Positions 42,277 to 54,408 of a stretch of DNA of 64,000 nt are shown piece by piece. Origin of the DNA: Rhodosorus marinus CCMP1338 (taxonomy: Eukaryota > Plantae > Rhodophyta); contig JAMWBK010000008.1 in NCBI GenBank assembly GCA_029953675.1, positions 1,984,001 to 2,048,000 on the forward strand, in the 5' to 3' direction. The position numbers and the translations under genes are program-made. The notes beneath the pieces were generated by a model that worked only from the letters and a program-made list of their open reading frames with translations, was not told the DNA's origin and did no database searches. Position 1 is the first letter of the stretch. Each line of letters begins with the position of its first letter.

Positions 42277-42700
42277 ATCACCTGTGACGACAGCCGCCGT
42301 ACCACATACGTTGATCTTGCTGTTCCTAATCCTCAAGCTAGTCGTTATCTCCCGGCTGCGGGGGAGCGCCGTGGATCTGCCGCCGCCAGTATGAGACGCC
42401 GCAAAGAGATCAAATACGCGGGGGTTTTGTCTTCCCCTGGTGTTCGTGCTTCGGCACTAGCACATCGCTTGATACCCCTGATCATTGAGTGCTTTGGGTT
42501 CATGGACTCTGTTGGTTCTCGCTGGCTTCGGGAGTTGTTCCGCGAACGCCCTGACCGGCTTCAATCGTTGTTTACCAGCTTAAGTTTCCTGCTGTGGCGC
42601 ATGAATGCCGCTTTGATGTTGGAGGCGCGAGTTCTTCGCCGCACTTGGTCTTTTTTTCCCCTCGGGGTTTTTTCTTTCAGCCTCCGATTAAACCATTCGT
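42277..42700 (+). mobile_element. 5'-truncated B insertion with 12-bp TSD
   Basis: TSD CGTTTTCATGTG at 42265-42276 and 42701-42712. Near-identical to the 3' end of the 22.3-kb B copy. Confidence 0.93.
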
Positions 42701-42929
42701 CGTTTTCATGTGCTGGTACTGTTGTTTAGAAATATTTGATGAAGAAGCTTAAAATAGTGTCACTGGCCCCAAGGGGGCGGAAGAACTGGAGAAAAGTTAT
42801 GCTGGCAACGATAGAAGTACTTTGAAATGCAACATGGGCCTCTACTCATATTTCGTTTCGTAGAAGCAATTATTTACATAAAAGCTTAAAATAAAAGAAA
42901 CGGTCCCCGGCCTAGCTTGGCCGCGCTTA

Positions 42930-44915
42930 TCTCCCTAGTTCTTAGCTCCTTTTCACGCCTTGCGTAGCGCTTAGAGCAATGCGAGCGAAAATTGCTAGTA
43001 AAGTCTCAGTAAAGGTTCGTGAGGGTGTCCGGTGCTAGTTTTCGGTCGTTTTGCGTGGTAAGGGGGTTCTTCGGTGGGAAGCGCCTCTCTCTGCTTCCTT
43101 TCCCCCCGTTTTTTCGGGTTTGTGGTTGGTAGTCGGGCCATTCGCCTTCTGGTTGTTGGGTCGTGACGGGGAGTTTTCTCCTGTGGAGTTGGGTGGTGTG
43201 TGTTTTCGGCGGGGGAATTGGTGGTTAAAGTATCGTCACTAATTTCTCTCGTGATGGTAGGGGTTTCCCCGCGCCCTGCTCCCTCGGGAGCGGAACTCCC
43301 TGGCAACGAGGTGTCCTTGGGGGTTGGGCACCGGGTGTGTCTAGGTTCGGGCCCCTTCTCTACGCAGGTGGAGCTGCAAGGCGCCACCGGTATGGAGGTG
43401 CGCGCCCTCGTGACAGCCGTCACCAGCCTGATCACCGCCGCGGGGGAACAGGGCGTCCTACCCCAGCTGACCCAACGCCTTGGTTTGCTTGAATCCAGCC
43501 TCCTGGCGCGTGCTCAACAATCTGACACGGTGGCCACGGTGGCTACGCGGCCCCCAGGCAGTCAAAATCAGCGGGTCAGTCATTTTGCGACTGTCCCCGA
43601 ACAGTCGCGGGCTGCTAAGCCCACTGTTGGTGGTCCCTGTGCTGGCGCCTCTTCGGAGAGGGGTGCAGCTATCTCTACTCCTTCGCACGTCCCCTCAACG
43701 GGAGCGCACTTTCCTGTACTTGGCCAGCCCTCAGGTGGGGGACAGCTCCAGGCCAAGGCGGGGACACGTGGTGGCCCTAAGGGGGGCCCGTCGTACACCT
43801 CGGTTTTACGGAAGGGTACCACAGCCGCACGTCTGGGGGCAATACTAGGATTTTTGCCCTCTGGCAAGCAGCAGGGCGGACCTGATGCGACTACTTTGCA
43901 ATTCCTCTGGGTGCACAACGTTCGGCCCCAGACTACACTGGGCCAGGTCCCGTCCATGCGCGATTTCCGGAATACTTTTGCGGAGTCTTTGGGCGGTAGC
44001 CGCGACGACTTCATTTTCGCGAACTACGAGGGTCGAGATGTCCTTTTCGTAGTCACTGGACTTGCTACCTGAATTCGAGGTATTCTTGGACCGACCGGAG
44101 TTGGCCCGGTTTCAAATCGACCTGAGTCTCAACGAGTCTGATCTAGAGGATTTGCTTCGTAAGTCGCGTCGTGGACGCTGTCCTGGACAGCTGTCCTGGA
44201 CCCTCAGGGCTTCGAACCGAATTATTGCAGGTCTTGGGCAAGCTTGGCCGGAGCGCGCTGATCAAAATCCCGAACAAACTGTACCAGGGTACATCGGGTG
44301 CATCCGCCCCATGGGAACATCTCTGAAAGGCGCAACTTTTCTTGCTCACGAAGTCTGGCCATCAGCCGAGCCTATGGAAGCAAGCCGGAAGGTGGCTATG
44401 CCAGCGCCTTCGCCAGCGGGTCAGCTTTTATGGCGCCCTTGCAAGTGGGGGTGGGATTTTCGGGGGGTTGAGAATTGATCACCCATGGAATCAAGCTGGA
44501 GCGTGCCTGTAGGCCAGACTGGGGAGTTTTGGTGGTTGATTTTCGAAACGTATTCAACAGCGTCTCGCAGACGCATGCATTGGAGGTGATCCGACGGGTT
44601 TTCCCAGAGGCGTGGCCCTTCCTCTCTTCTCTTTACGGAAGGGGGAGCCTCCCCTACTAGACCAGGGAGGGCACTGTTTTCCAAGCACATACTGGAGTTC
44701 AACAATGCGATCCTTGTGGGCCTCTACTTCATGCCTGTGCCTTACAGCTCGTCCTCCTGCGTCTCCCGACTGAAGTGCCGGCGCTTCGGATCTACGCCTA
44801 TCACGACGACGTGATCTTGCTGGGCGCCCCTGAAACCCTGGCTCGGGAGTTGACCCAGATCGAAGGGATTGCACGTGGAGTAGGTCTCACGGCGGAACCC
44901 GAAAAGTGTCGTTTT
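42930..44915 (+). mobile_element. A 3' stub plus tail, then A 5' UTR/ORF1 with an internal deletion into RT
   Basis: CTAGTAAAGTCTCAGTAAAG directly precedes the A 5' end (~43016). ORF 43200..44072 is the ORF1 N-half. RT motifs AYHDDV and DFRNVFN follow. Confidence 0.9.
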
Positions 44916-45644
44916 GAGGGGTTACGTTAGTCAGTCGTTCGAGACGAGACAGACAGCTAGAACTTGCTCCGAAACATGAAGTTCGACGAAGTATCATGAG
45001 CTACCATGGGCGTCAGGTGTCAACAAAGTCATCTTCCAGCTGTCGTGGTGGATCTGTCGATCAATTCCTGATCTCAATCGATAAGTTGGAAGGTCATCTA
45101 GCACCTGTTGCGGTGAACGTGCCAATCACTTATTGATCCCAATCGATCAGTTTTTTAACTGTCGCCGGTTGGTGAGCACTGTTTCCCAGCATGCTGACTC
45201 CACTAGGTACAAGACTGTGGGCGAAAACACTGCTATCAACATCCAAGGGAAACTCCCTACTACTCCTTGGGCTTCTTGACATGTGGTCCTCTAACCTGAC
45301 CAAAATTGGGTCTACTAGGCGCTTACCTTTCTGGTTAAATTTGGTACCTTAAAGGGAAAGATCTCTAGTTCCGGGGGAACATGTACTTCAAATTCCGAAA
45401 GAGGTCACCAAACAACATCTGATGTCTAAAGCATACTAATTATGTCCCAAGTTCCATGTATGGGTTCCTGCGCTGTCAGGTTGTCATGAAAAGCGAGAAC
45501 ATAACCTATTTCGGAAAAACTGTGTGCAGAGTTGGGCTCAGTTTGTTAAACGATTCACTCACCAGCGAGAATGGGTTTAGTCGGAGACGATACAACCCGC
45601 AACGGTAGAAAAAGACTAGGAGCGGTGAAGGCCGCCCGCTTCCA

Positions 45645-45900
45645 AGATCTGAATGATGAATTGTTTAATGGGAGGCTGGAAGCAAAAATGCTTAGGGTAA
45701 AAATGGACTTAACCCGGGGAACATCGCGTGCCTCCAACAAACACCCACCCTCCAACATCAAAGGCGGGTTCATACCCCGCAGCGGGAAGCTATGGCGGGT
45801 ATCCAAACAGGGAAGACGATCAGAGCCTCCGCGGAACAGCTCCCGAGGCCACTCATGCCATGCATATCTTTAGCAGACCCCCAGCTCAGAGCACCGAACA
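45645..45900 (-). mobile_element. Decayed B-like 3' end
   Basis: Minus strand reads RELFRGGSDRL...RGMNPPLMLE and ends CAGCCTCCCATTAAACAATTCATCATTC. Confidence 0.65.
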
Positions 45901-46177
45901 GAATTTGGGTCCTGACCGTGACAGTAGGATTTACCTCCATCATTTTCGCCAAAACCACTGCAGAGTGGTGTTGTGTTTCTTCCCCATTCTCACGCTCTGA
46001 ATACACGGACGGAAAAAGAAAGACCAACCTTCTAACAGAACTTTACGTCACAGCTTTTCTACTCCTCGTAGGACTCCCCCTGTGCGGGTTTTCGGGGTTT
46101 CCCAACCTTGACCAAAGTCCCGTCAGCCAAACTTCGATGGTTTCTTTATTGTTTCCCTGACCATTGGGGTCGATATC

Positions 46178-46470
46178 TCGCACTTAAGTGGACTTTACTG
46201 GACTTTACTAGCATAGCCTGAAGCGCTACGCAAGGCGTGAAGATGAACTAATAACTAGGGGGGGACGTATGCAACCCCAGGCGCCGATGGCGCGCCTCGG
46301 AAAGCACGTCGCTGGAATATCGCCAAAGGGAGACACTTAAACGCCTCAAGAGCGCCAAATATTCAGTAGGATGCTCAGCAAAACATTTCCGCAACCACTC
46401 TAAACCCGACTTATCGACGTGACCAAAGCTTTCCACAATGAATGGCTGGAACCGGTGAGAGCGACCCTCA
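46178..46470 (-). mobile_element. Short A 3' end with tail
   Basis: ESFGHVDKSGLEWLRKC...LGLHTSPPSY* followed by (TAAAGTCCAG)2. Confidence 0.92.
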
Positions 46471-46583
46471 GGGGAAAAGTCGCTTGCGCGACGAAAAAAA
46501 TTCTTGATGCGCGAGTGTTGGTAGCTAAGCCCGGTCTCCTTTAGTAAAACCCCAGACTAACGTAACCCCAGGGCATAAACTGC

Positions 46584-46952
46584 TTAGTCGTTATCTCCCG
46601 GCTGCGGGGGAGCGCCGGGGATCTGCCGCCGCCAGCATGAGACGCCGCAAAGAGATCAAATACGCGGGGGCTTTGTCTTCCCCTGGTGTTCGTGCTTCGG
46701 CACTAGCACATCGCTTGGTACCCCTGATCATTGAGTGCTTTGGGTTCATGGACTCTGTTGGTTCTCGCTGGCTTCGGGAGTTGTTCCGCGAACGCCCTGA
46801 CCGGCTTCAATCGTTGTTTACCCGCTTAAGTTTCCTGCTGTGGCGCATGAATGCCGCTTTGATGTTGGAGGCGCGAGTACTTCGCCGCGCTTAGTCTTTT
46901 TTTCCCCTCGGGGTTTTTTTTCAGCCTCCGATTAAACCATTCATTCATTCAT
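46584..46952 (+). mobile_element. 5'-truncated B 3' end with (TTCA)n tail
   Basis: Encodes RRRKEIKY...LMLEARVLRRA*, as in B, and ends TTAAACCATTCATTCATTCA. No TSD found. Confidence 0.93.
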
Positions 46953-47814
46953 AGTAAAAAGCGAAAAGAGAGTTCGTACAAGACAGAGCTACCTCGCGAT
47001 TACTAGCATAGCCTGTGTAGCCTACTATACTGTGGTGATAGTCGCTGCCTTGTACCGTTCAAACTATTTCAAACGTTTGAACCTCTATAAGGTTTTTCTA
47101 CCGTATACCGTTCGCACATCGATCCTACCGTATGCATGACGATGTGCGAATCACCCTTCTACATGGTGAGAGCGTATGGTCACCACTGACCGCGTGACCG
47201 TTCCAACAGAACCAAAACTGTTTTGTTTTGATAGCGATTTTCGGCGCAGCATTTGTTTTCTTGCGAGGGTTAGTCTGTTAGTCACACGATTACACGCGTT
47301 CGTTTTGGCTTGTTTATGCCGCGCAGACCCGGCTGGGTTACATTTGCTCACATAAAGCACGGCTGGACCGGGCGGGTAGTGGGTTTGGAAAGTTGCTAAT
47401 CTCAGATGAGATGAATGTGGTCATCAAAAAGGGAAACAGCACGTGATCCCAAAGCGCTTTGGAAAATTGCACATCCCGTGCTGTCAGGTGGTACACGATT
47501 TTTTACTATCTTTTCCACTTGAATTAGTAGAATGTGTTGCGCGCTCATAGCTTCCACTCGGAATCCATCTTTACTTCAAACTAACCCAAACTACCAAGCC
47601 TGCTAGCCAGAGCTTTATAGCTGTTTGGCTGCTACTTGTGGAAGGACATTCAACAGGTACAATCAAGGAAATCACTACTTGTTACCACGGTTCTTGACCT
47701 GGCCAACCGTTCGAGGCACTTTTCTCGACTTGGTGGACCTATCACAGCTCCTTTTGTTTCCTTCAGATCGTTCGCGGCCTCTTTTGGTCCCATCTAGGGC
47801 TGTTGTGCCACTTT

Positions 47815-49170
47815 TCCTACTCACGACTCCTTCTGACCGTTCTCCCCTTCCAACATCTTGGAGTGGGTGAAACTTCCCACTTTGCGGCCTCGCAACAAAT
47901 GAATCAATTGTTCAAACGGAGGATAAAAAAACAAGGATTGAAGACGGTCCGGGCGTTCGCGGAAGATATCTCGAAGCCAACGAGACCCCATGGAGTCCAC
48001 AAACTCAAAGGATTCGATGGCCAAAGGCACCAGGCCCTGAGCGAGAGCCGAAGCCCGAACTCCAGGTGTAGACAAAGACGCGTATTTCACCTCTTTGTCT
48101 ACAACTGTTTTCGGCGACGCATACTGGCAGCAGCAAATCCACGGCGCTCGCCAGCTGTCCGTAGATAACGGCTGGCCTGACGATTAGGCACGGCAAGATC
48201 AACATGGGTCGCACCTCGGCTATCGTCGCAGCTTACGAGGTCGGCAACTCGAGGCCAAGCATTTTGGGATTCTGCAACCGGTAAAGGTTTCTCGCGTTCA
48301 ATTTCAAGACCGGCTTGGAGCACGATAAGCCGAAGTTCCCGATATAGCGGGTTTAGAATTCGCATGTGGCGGCGGGTTCGAGCACCTTTTACCGGTGAGC
48401 AACTGGTCAGAAGATGAGCGCCGAACGTCCGCGGTGTCTTCAGTCAGTGAGCATAGAGGACACGACGAATCCATCTCATACGGCCAGCGGGGTTGGTGGA
48501 GTTCGAGATATAAGCGCTGAGCAGTACGGACTTCGAGATCCGTGAGAGTAAGAGGCGGGAAGGCTGAAACCCTCGTTAGCAATTAGAGTTGGTACATCCC
48601 CCAGGAGTACGTCGGCGGGCGCAATCTCTGGAAGATGAGACCATCAGCGCGAGAAGTCGGCCATATGCCCACGGTGCAAGGGGTGCTTTGCAACGCATCG
48701 ATGCGTGCGATGACACGGTTCGCAGAGCCCAGGCCATCAGGAGAAGTATCACGAGGGACATCTGGTTCCTGCTCCACGACAGGATCAGTAGAATGTGCGC
48801 TTCGCTTTTTTCCAATCGAAACTCGGTCAGCTGTTGCAGCTGACTAACCCAACCATGAGGCGGAGAGTTCCCCACGAGCTTGAACACATTGGACAAAGGA
48901 GGTCTGCCTTTGCATCTGAAGGTCACTGAAAAGCCCCAGACTACACAATATCACCGCAGCGAAAAAAGGGTCTCGCTCGCTTAGGAAGGTATTCCGCGAC
49001 ACCCGGACCACAAGACGGTCCGTCTTCAACCTTTTGTTTACTCGATTGAGTTTCTTGCTGTGGCGAATGAACGCTGCGTTGATCTTGGAGGCGCATGACC
49101 TTCTTGGCGCTTAGTCTTTCTTCCCCTTGTAAGCTTGTTTTTCTTTCAGTCTCCGACTAAACAATTCATT
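47815..49170. mobile_element. Older B-like fragments: minus ~47815-48900, plus ~48940-49170
   Basis: RILNPLYRELR...EREKPLPVAE...RVADLVSCDD...HVDLAVPN and SSCPLCS. The plus-strand stub has a CAGTCTCCGACTAAACAATTCATTC end. Confidence 0.82.
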
Positions 49171-49370
49171 CGATATTGGAGGACTGCGACCTTCCTGTCG
49201 CCAAGACTCTTTTCCTGCCAAGGTTTTTTTCTTTTACGTCGCATCAAACAAATCATTCAAAAAACAAAGGCAGAAAAGCCAGTAAAAAAAACAGGTGAAC
49301 CTACTAGCCATAGCCTGAAGAGACGACACGGATGAAAAGAAGAACAGGTTAACTGGAGGTCTGGGTTACC

Positions 49371-51365
49371 TTCACGGACGAAGTGTCACGCTCCACGAAG
49401 ATATACCCAATAGCGAAAAAGAGCGATGTATCGAAGGTGTTCGATGAATACCTAGCATACTTCGAACGCATCTCGGGAAAACGGGTCATCACCGTCCGCT
49501 CAGACGGAGGCGGTGAATACCTAGGGCTGTCAGAGAAACTTAAGAAGCTAGGGATTACCCTAGACATTACACCACCGTATAGTTTGGAAACGAACGGTAT
49601 AGCGGACGAACCAACCGGAGCATACTGATGCTCATTGGGGTATTTCTGTACCAGTCTGGCATAGCGAAAAGCTCCTGGGCAGAAACCCTATAAAATGACG
49701 GAAAGGATCTTGAACGGAAGACCACGCCGCGGCAGCAACAAAAGCCCGTGGGAAATCCTCAGCGGCAACAAAGACGACTTTCGAAACATGTACCCGTTCA
49801 GCTGCCTAGCAATCGTCAACGTACCAAAAGAAGATGCTGCCATCAGACGCGATAAACTCGACGTACCAACAGTCCGAGGGATCATTCTCCGATGTGAGCG
49901 GAGCGGCAGGCACCTTACCCAACTCGTTGACGGTTGTAAACGATGGACAAAGGACATTGTCGTGCAAGAAGAAACCTTCCCTTTGAGACACCGACCATCC
50001 TCGCCTACCCCTGAAACCGAAGAAGCCATTCAATATGCCAAGTCGCGGGAGTACCTGAATCCAAAGACTACAGACCCCGACCCGAGTTCCGATGACGACC
50101 TCGAAGTACCAGTCGAACAGACCAAAGTCAATGAAGTTTCGACTCTACCTAGGCAAATCCGATCAGGGGCTACAGACAACCACAAATTGAGCTGTTTGAC
50201 AACAATCCCTGAACCCGACACAATAGAGGAGGCCCTAGCTGGACCTCACGCGAAGTATTGCGAAGAAGCTATTGCGGACGAGCTAGAAAGTTTGAGCAAG
50301 TTTCAGACCTGGACGCTCGTTGAGAGACCCAAGGACAAGCAGGTTCTTGGGAGCAAATTTGTATTTAAGCTTAAACGGAATCAGGACGGGGAACCGGCAC
50401 GTCTGGTTGCCAGAGGTTTCCAACAGACGGACTTACAGATGTGTACTCCCCGACGGTCAGTTTTGACAGCATCAGAGTAATATTATCGTTTGCAGCGCAA
50501 CGAAACTACGACGTACAACAAATGGATGTATCGACGGCATACCTCAGCGGCAAACTCGACGAAGAGATATACATGGAGAGACCTCCGAGAACCCAAACCA
50601 CGGATAAGGTGCGCAAACTAAACCAGGGTCTCTAGGTTCAAAACAATCAGGAAAGATTTGGTATGAAAAGCTGAGGACGGATCTACAACACAAGGGTTTC
50701 AACGCAACCACCGCAGACTCCTATGTATTTGTGAAAGATCATGTCTACCTACTTGTGTATGTAGACGATTTTCTCATCGTAGGAAGTACAGGGAGTGTGC
50801 AACAAGCCAAAGTACGACTACGTGAGATGCACGAAGTCAAAGATCTAGTAAAGCCCAGTTAAACATAAGTTTAGGATGTACTTGAGACGAGTGTGGCGCC
50901 TTGTGCGGAGATCTCGCAACAGTCCGCATGAACCATCAGCAAAAAGCGGGCGATAATCGCGACTTCATCCAGTGAAGCAGAGTATGTAGCGATGACGCAC
51001 GGACTTCAAAGGATGCAGTGGCTAAAGAACTTACCTTTGAAGTTCGTGCGTCATCGCAACATATTCTGCTTCACTGGATGAGGTCGCGATTATCGTCTGC
51101 TTTTTGCTGATACGTGCAATGGGATTGCCGTGCAGATATATTATCGCTCCGGTAACCGACTTTCGGTCCTTTGGTGATGCCAACGAGGCATCCACAAACA
51201 GCACTATCTCCTCCTGTTCTTGACAAGCTGAGAAAACAATAATAATCGCCCTGTATTGATATACGAAGCAGAATATGTAGCGATGACGCACGGACTTCAA
51301 AGGATACAGTGGCTTAGGAAGTTACTTACAGAGCTCGGCGTATCGAAGTTGCCAGCCAAGGCGTC
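49371..51365 (+). pseudogene. pol: Ty1/copia pol relic: integrase, RT, rearranged RNase H
   Basis: VRSDGGGEY and TPPYSLETNGIA (integrase). TWTLVERP, KFVFKLK, RLVARGFQQ, QMDVSTAYLSG and LVYVDDFL (RT). KSVTG and ATSSSEAEY (RNase H). The INT-RT-RH order is copia-type. An A fragment interrupts it at ~50845-50934. Confidence 0.92.
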
Positions 51366-51592
51366 TATCAATATGGGGCGATTGTTTTCGCTACGGTGTA
51401 CCCTCCCCATGTCACTGTGAGCCAATGGTTTTAATCGGAGACTGTGAAAAAAAAAAACAACCCTTGGGGGTGCAAAAACAAAGTGGTAGCGAAGATCATC
51501 CCACATTGTCACTGCTGGCGTATGAACGCTGCGTTGTTATTGGTCTCAACTATTTGCGTTGTGTAGCCTTCCTTTTATCTCTAGTACCTCTA

Positions 51593-52275
51593 CCCCTTGG
51601 GCACATTACTATCTCTCTCACTTGTTTATTAACTTCTACCTTTTGCCTTCTTATATTTCCACTCTAGCCTAGCCTGCTTTATACTCTTAGTCTAGGTCCA
51701 GCAAGTACCTTTTCTAGACTCAGCACGAGCTTGCTAGCTACTAGTAATCCATAATTAAGTAGAATATGGTGGTTTCCGCCCTATGTAAATTCGTATAATT
51801 AATATTTATAGAGCTGTTTTCCTCGCTCACTCTAAGTTATCATCGACCCCTACCCGGTCTGGCCTGACGTCTCCATGGCTAACTCCACAACTAGTCTCTG
51901 GCTTTCAGGTAGACTTAAAACAACGGGAACACTCTGTTAATGATTGAATGAATGGTTTAATCGGAGGCTGAAAAAAAAACCCCGAGGGGAAAAAAAGACT
52001 AAGCGCGGCGAAGTAAAATGATTGAATGAATGAATGGTTTAAAACCCCCACGCCCTTACCAACACCACCCCTTGGACATGTTCCTATTATTCTCACTTGT
52101 CTATATTATCACTTCTGGCTTCTCATATTCTACTCTAGCGTAGCCTATTTATACTCTTGGTCTAGGCCACCGCAAGTACCTTTTCTAGACTCGGGACTGG
52201 CTTGTTAGCCACTCACAATCCATAAATAAGTAGAATATGGTGGTGTCCGCTCCATGCTGATTCATATAATCAATA
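51593..52275 (+). repeat. Two diverged ~210-bp direct repeats (51593-51803 and 52068-52275), possibly LTR relics
   Basis: Shared TATACTCTT.GTCTAGG, GCAAGTACCTTT.CTAGACTC and AATCCATAA.TAAGTAGAATATGGTGGT. Confidence 0.6.
51951..52016 (-). mobile_element. ~66-bp B 3'-tip insertion with ~12-bp TSD
   Basis: AATGATTGAATG at 51939-51950 and 52017-52028 flanks the reverse-complemented B 3' UTR. Confidence 0.85.
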
Positions 52276-52413
52276 TTTGGGAGAAAGGTTCTAATACTTT
52301 TTTTTGGGGGGGGAGGGAGGTGCTTCGGTGCCCCCCTCGTATGTATACTTCTAAATATGTTTTTACGAGCTCCTATGGGCTTTGGTTCAATGAGGACTTA
52401 ACTGGCGAAGATC

Positions 52414-53071
52414 TTGAGACGGCATCCAATGGGCTGGGGTAAAAGTTGCAGAGAGAGGTGGACAAAAGAAACTGTGTTTGGTTTGGGTAACAATTTTGGA
52501 ATGTCAGTTTTATCAAAAGATGCTAGTGAGGTTTGTGTTGATGCTGCCGATGCATCTGCTCGGAGCATTGGGGGATTGGACGAGTACGCCACCGTGCAGC
52601 GGGATCAGTTTCCACGACACTGGGTTTGCCACGACACTTGCACTGTAAACGACTCGAGTGGGCCGGTGATGCTGCAGTTCAACAAGGAATGTGACGACCC
52701 GTACTGGGATGACATTGGTCTAGGTCTCCCCAAGCTGAGAAAATCTGCACCCCGTACTACGATGAATTATGCCCAGCTGTCCACACATTTCCAAACTGCG
52801 CTGGCGAGCAGTACGCAACCAATGCTACGAGGGGCCCAGCAATTTGACAGAGGACTACAGCATGCACTGCTGCGACATTGACGGACAGCTTCGCTGTTCG
52901 CTTTGCACAATGCCGAATAACTGGAATGAGGACTGGAAAACTGAACTTGAGCGCCAGCTCCTCGATGGTGCCGTTTTCAGCTTTGAGGGCGACTATTTGT
53001 GCGGAGATATTCCCTACGAAGGAGAGTGCGTTACCTGGGATGTGGATGTAACTTCAAAATGTGAGTCGTGA
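52414..53071 (+). pseudogene. Cys/Trp-rich coding-like segment split across frames
   Basis: HWVCHDTC...ECDDPYW in one frame and QCYEG...HCCD...RCSLC...YLC...ECVTW in another. No family recognised. Confidence 0.3.
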
Positions 53072-53620
53072 GCACTCACTCAAAACCCCGAATGCAGGGG
53101 TTGGTTCTACAACGAGAAATAGTCTGGGTGGGCGGCATCCCCATAAGGGGGTACGGAGCCGACCAACCCAATCAACGTGGTTGTTGATTGACTTCTGGAC
53201 CTAGGTGCCTCCAGTACTTGCCCTTTAAGGGCATAATTAGGTTTGCCCTAAGAAAGAGCTTCTACCGGGCAATGCAGCAAGTACTTGGTACAAAGTTCGA
53301 AAAGAGGCACGGTGACAATCCGTAGGTGGAAGCAAAAAGAAACCTTAGACTAGCCTAAACCCAAACAACAGATTATAGAAAAAGTGATTGCTCTGTCAAC
53401 CAAAAAGGGGGCAAGGTTTTCCCTCAAAAATAAACACAGACTATCCGAGCTGGATGGGTTTTTACTGGCCTAAAGCGAAACGTGGAAAGGAATTAAGACC
53501 TAGGAGGGAAGCATGCCCCAAAAGCAAACCTATGTCGATTTGGCAAGCGCGCTGTTGAATATCACCAAAACACGACACCGATACTTCCAGCTAGCTGGAA
53601 GCGAAAAGGATGATTACTAT

Positions 53621-54222
53621 TAAGCAAGACGAAAACAGATTGCAGAAGAAGTGATTGCTTGTATGCCAAAAAGCCCGTGTTTCTATTTAGATGTGGGTCG
53701 TTGCCGTACAGTCTTCTCTACAGGTTTCCATCCCGTGTTTCGGATGTGGACGCTTTTCGAGGGGTATTTAGGTGTCCGTCGTATTTGTTAAATAGAAACA
53801 CTGGCTTTTTGGTATACAAGCAATCACTTCTTCTGCAATCTGTTTTCGTCTTGCTTAAAAAGCAATCACTTCTTCTGCAATCTGTTTTCGTCTTGCTTAA
53901 TAAGCAATCACTTCTTCTGCAATCTGTTTCGTCTTGCTTAATAAGCAATCACTTCTTCCGCATAGAAACACGGGTTATACAAGCAATCACTTCTTCTGCA
54001 ATCTGTTTTCGTCTTGCTTCATAAGCAATCACTTCTCCTGCATAGAAACACCGGCTTTTTTTTTTTCAAGACGAAAAAAGATTGCAGAAGAAGTGATTGC
54101 TTGTATACCAAAAAGCCGGTGTTTCTATTTAGATGTGGGTCTTGTCGTAGAGTCTTCTCTACAGGTTTCGCATCCCGTGTTTTGGATGGGGACGCTTTTC
54201 GAGAGGTATTTAAGTGTCCGTT
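53621..54222. repeat. Composite direct/inverted repeat with a 42-bp tandem array
   Basis: About 155-bp direct copies at 53621-53780 and 54067-54222. The inverted block between them has AAGCAATCACTTCTTCTGCAATCTGTTTTCGTCTTGCTT units starting at 53818, 53860, 53902, 53943 and beyond. Confidence 0.9.
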
Positions 54223-54408
54223 GGCTACGTGAAGCTGGTTTGTTCATGTTTGGGAACGTCTACACGGGTGTGGAAGGGGAGTCTAGGGTGAGGGGGAGGG
54301 GCTGCCTCAGGTTTGGTGTGAGGCTGAGGAGGCGAAGGAGGGGAGATGTGATTCGGAAGTAGAGGAATAACCGAAGTGAAAAGGAGGTTCCAGTATTGAA
54401 TTTAAAGT

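Noticed and set aside
53818-54060. 42-bp tandem units as a CRISPR array
   Set aside because: The units abut with only 2-3 nt between them, there are no unique spacers and no cas genes, and the context is eukaryotic.
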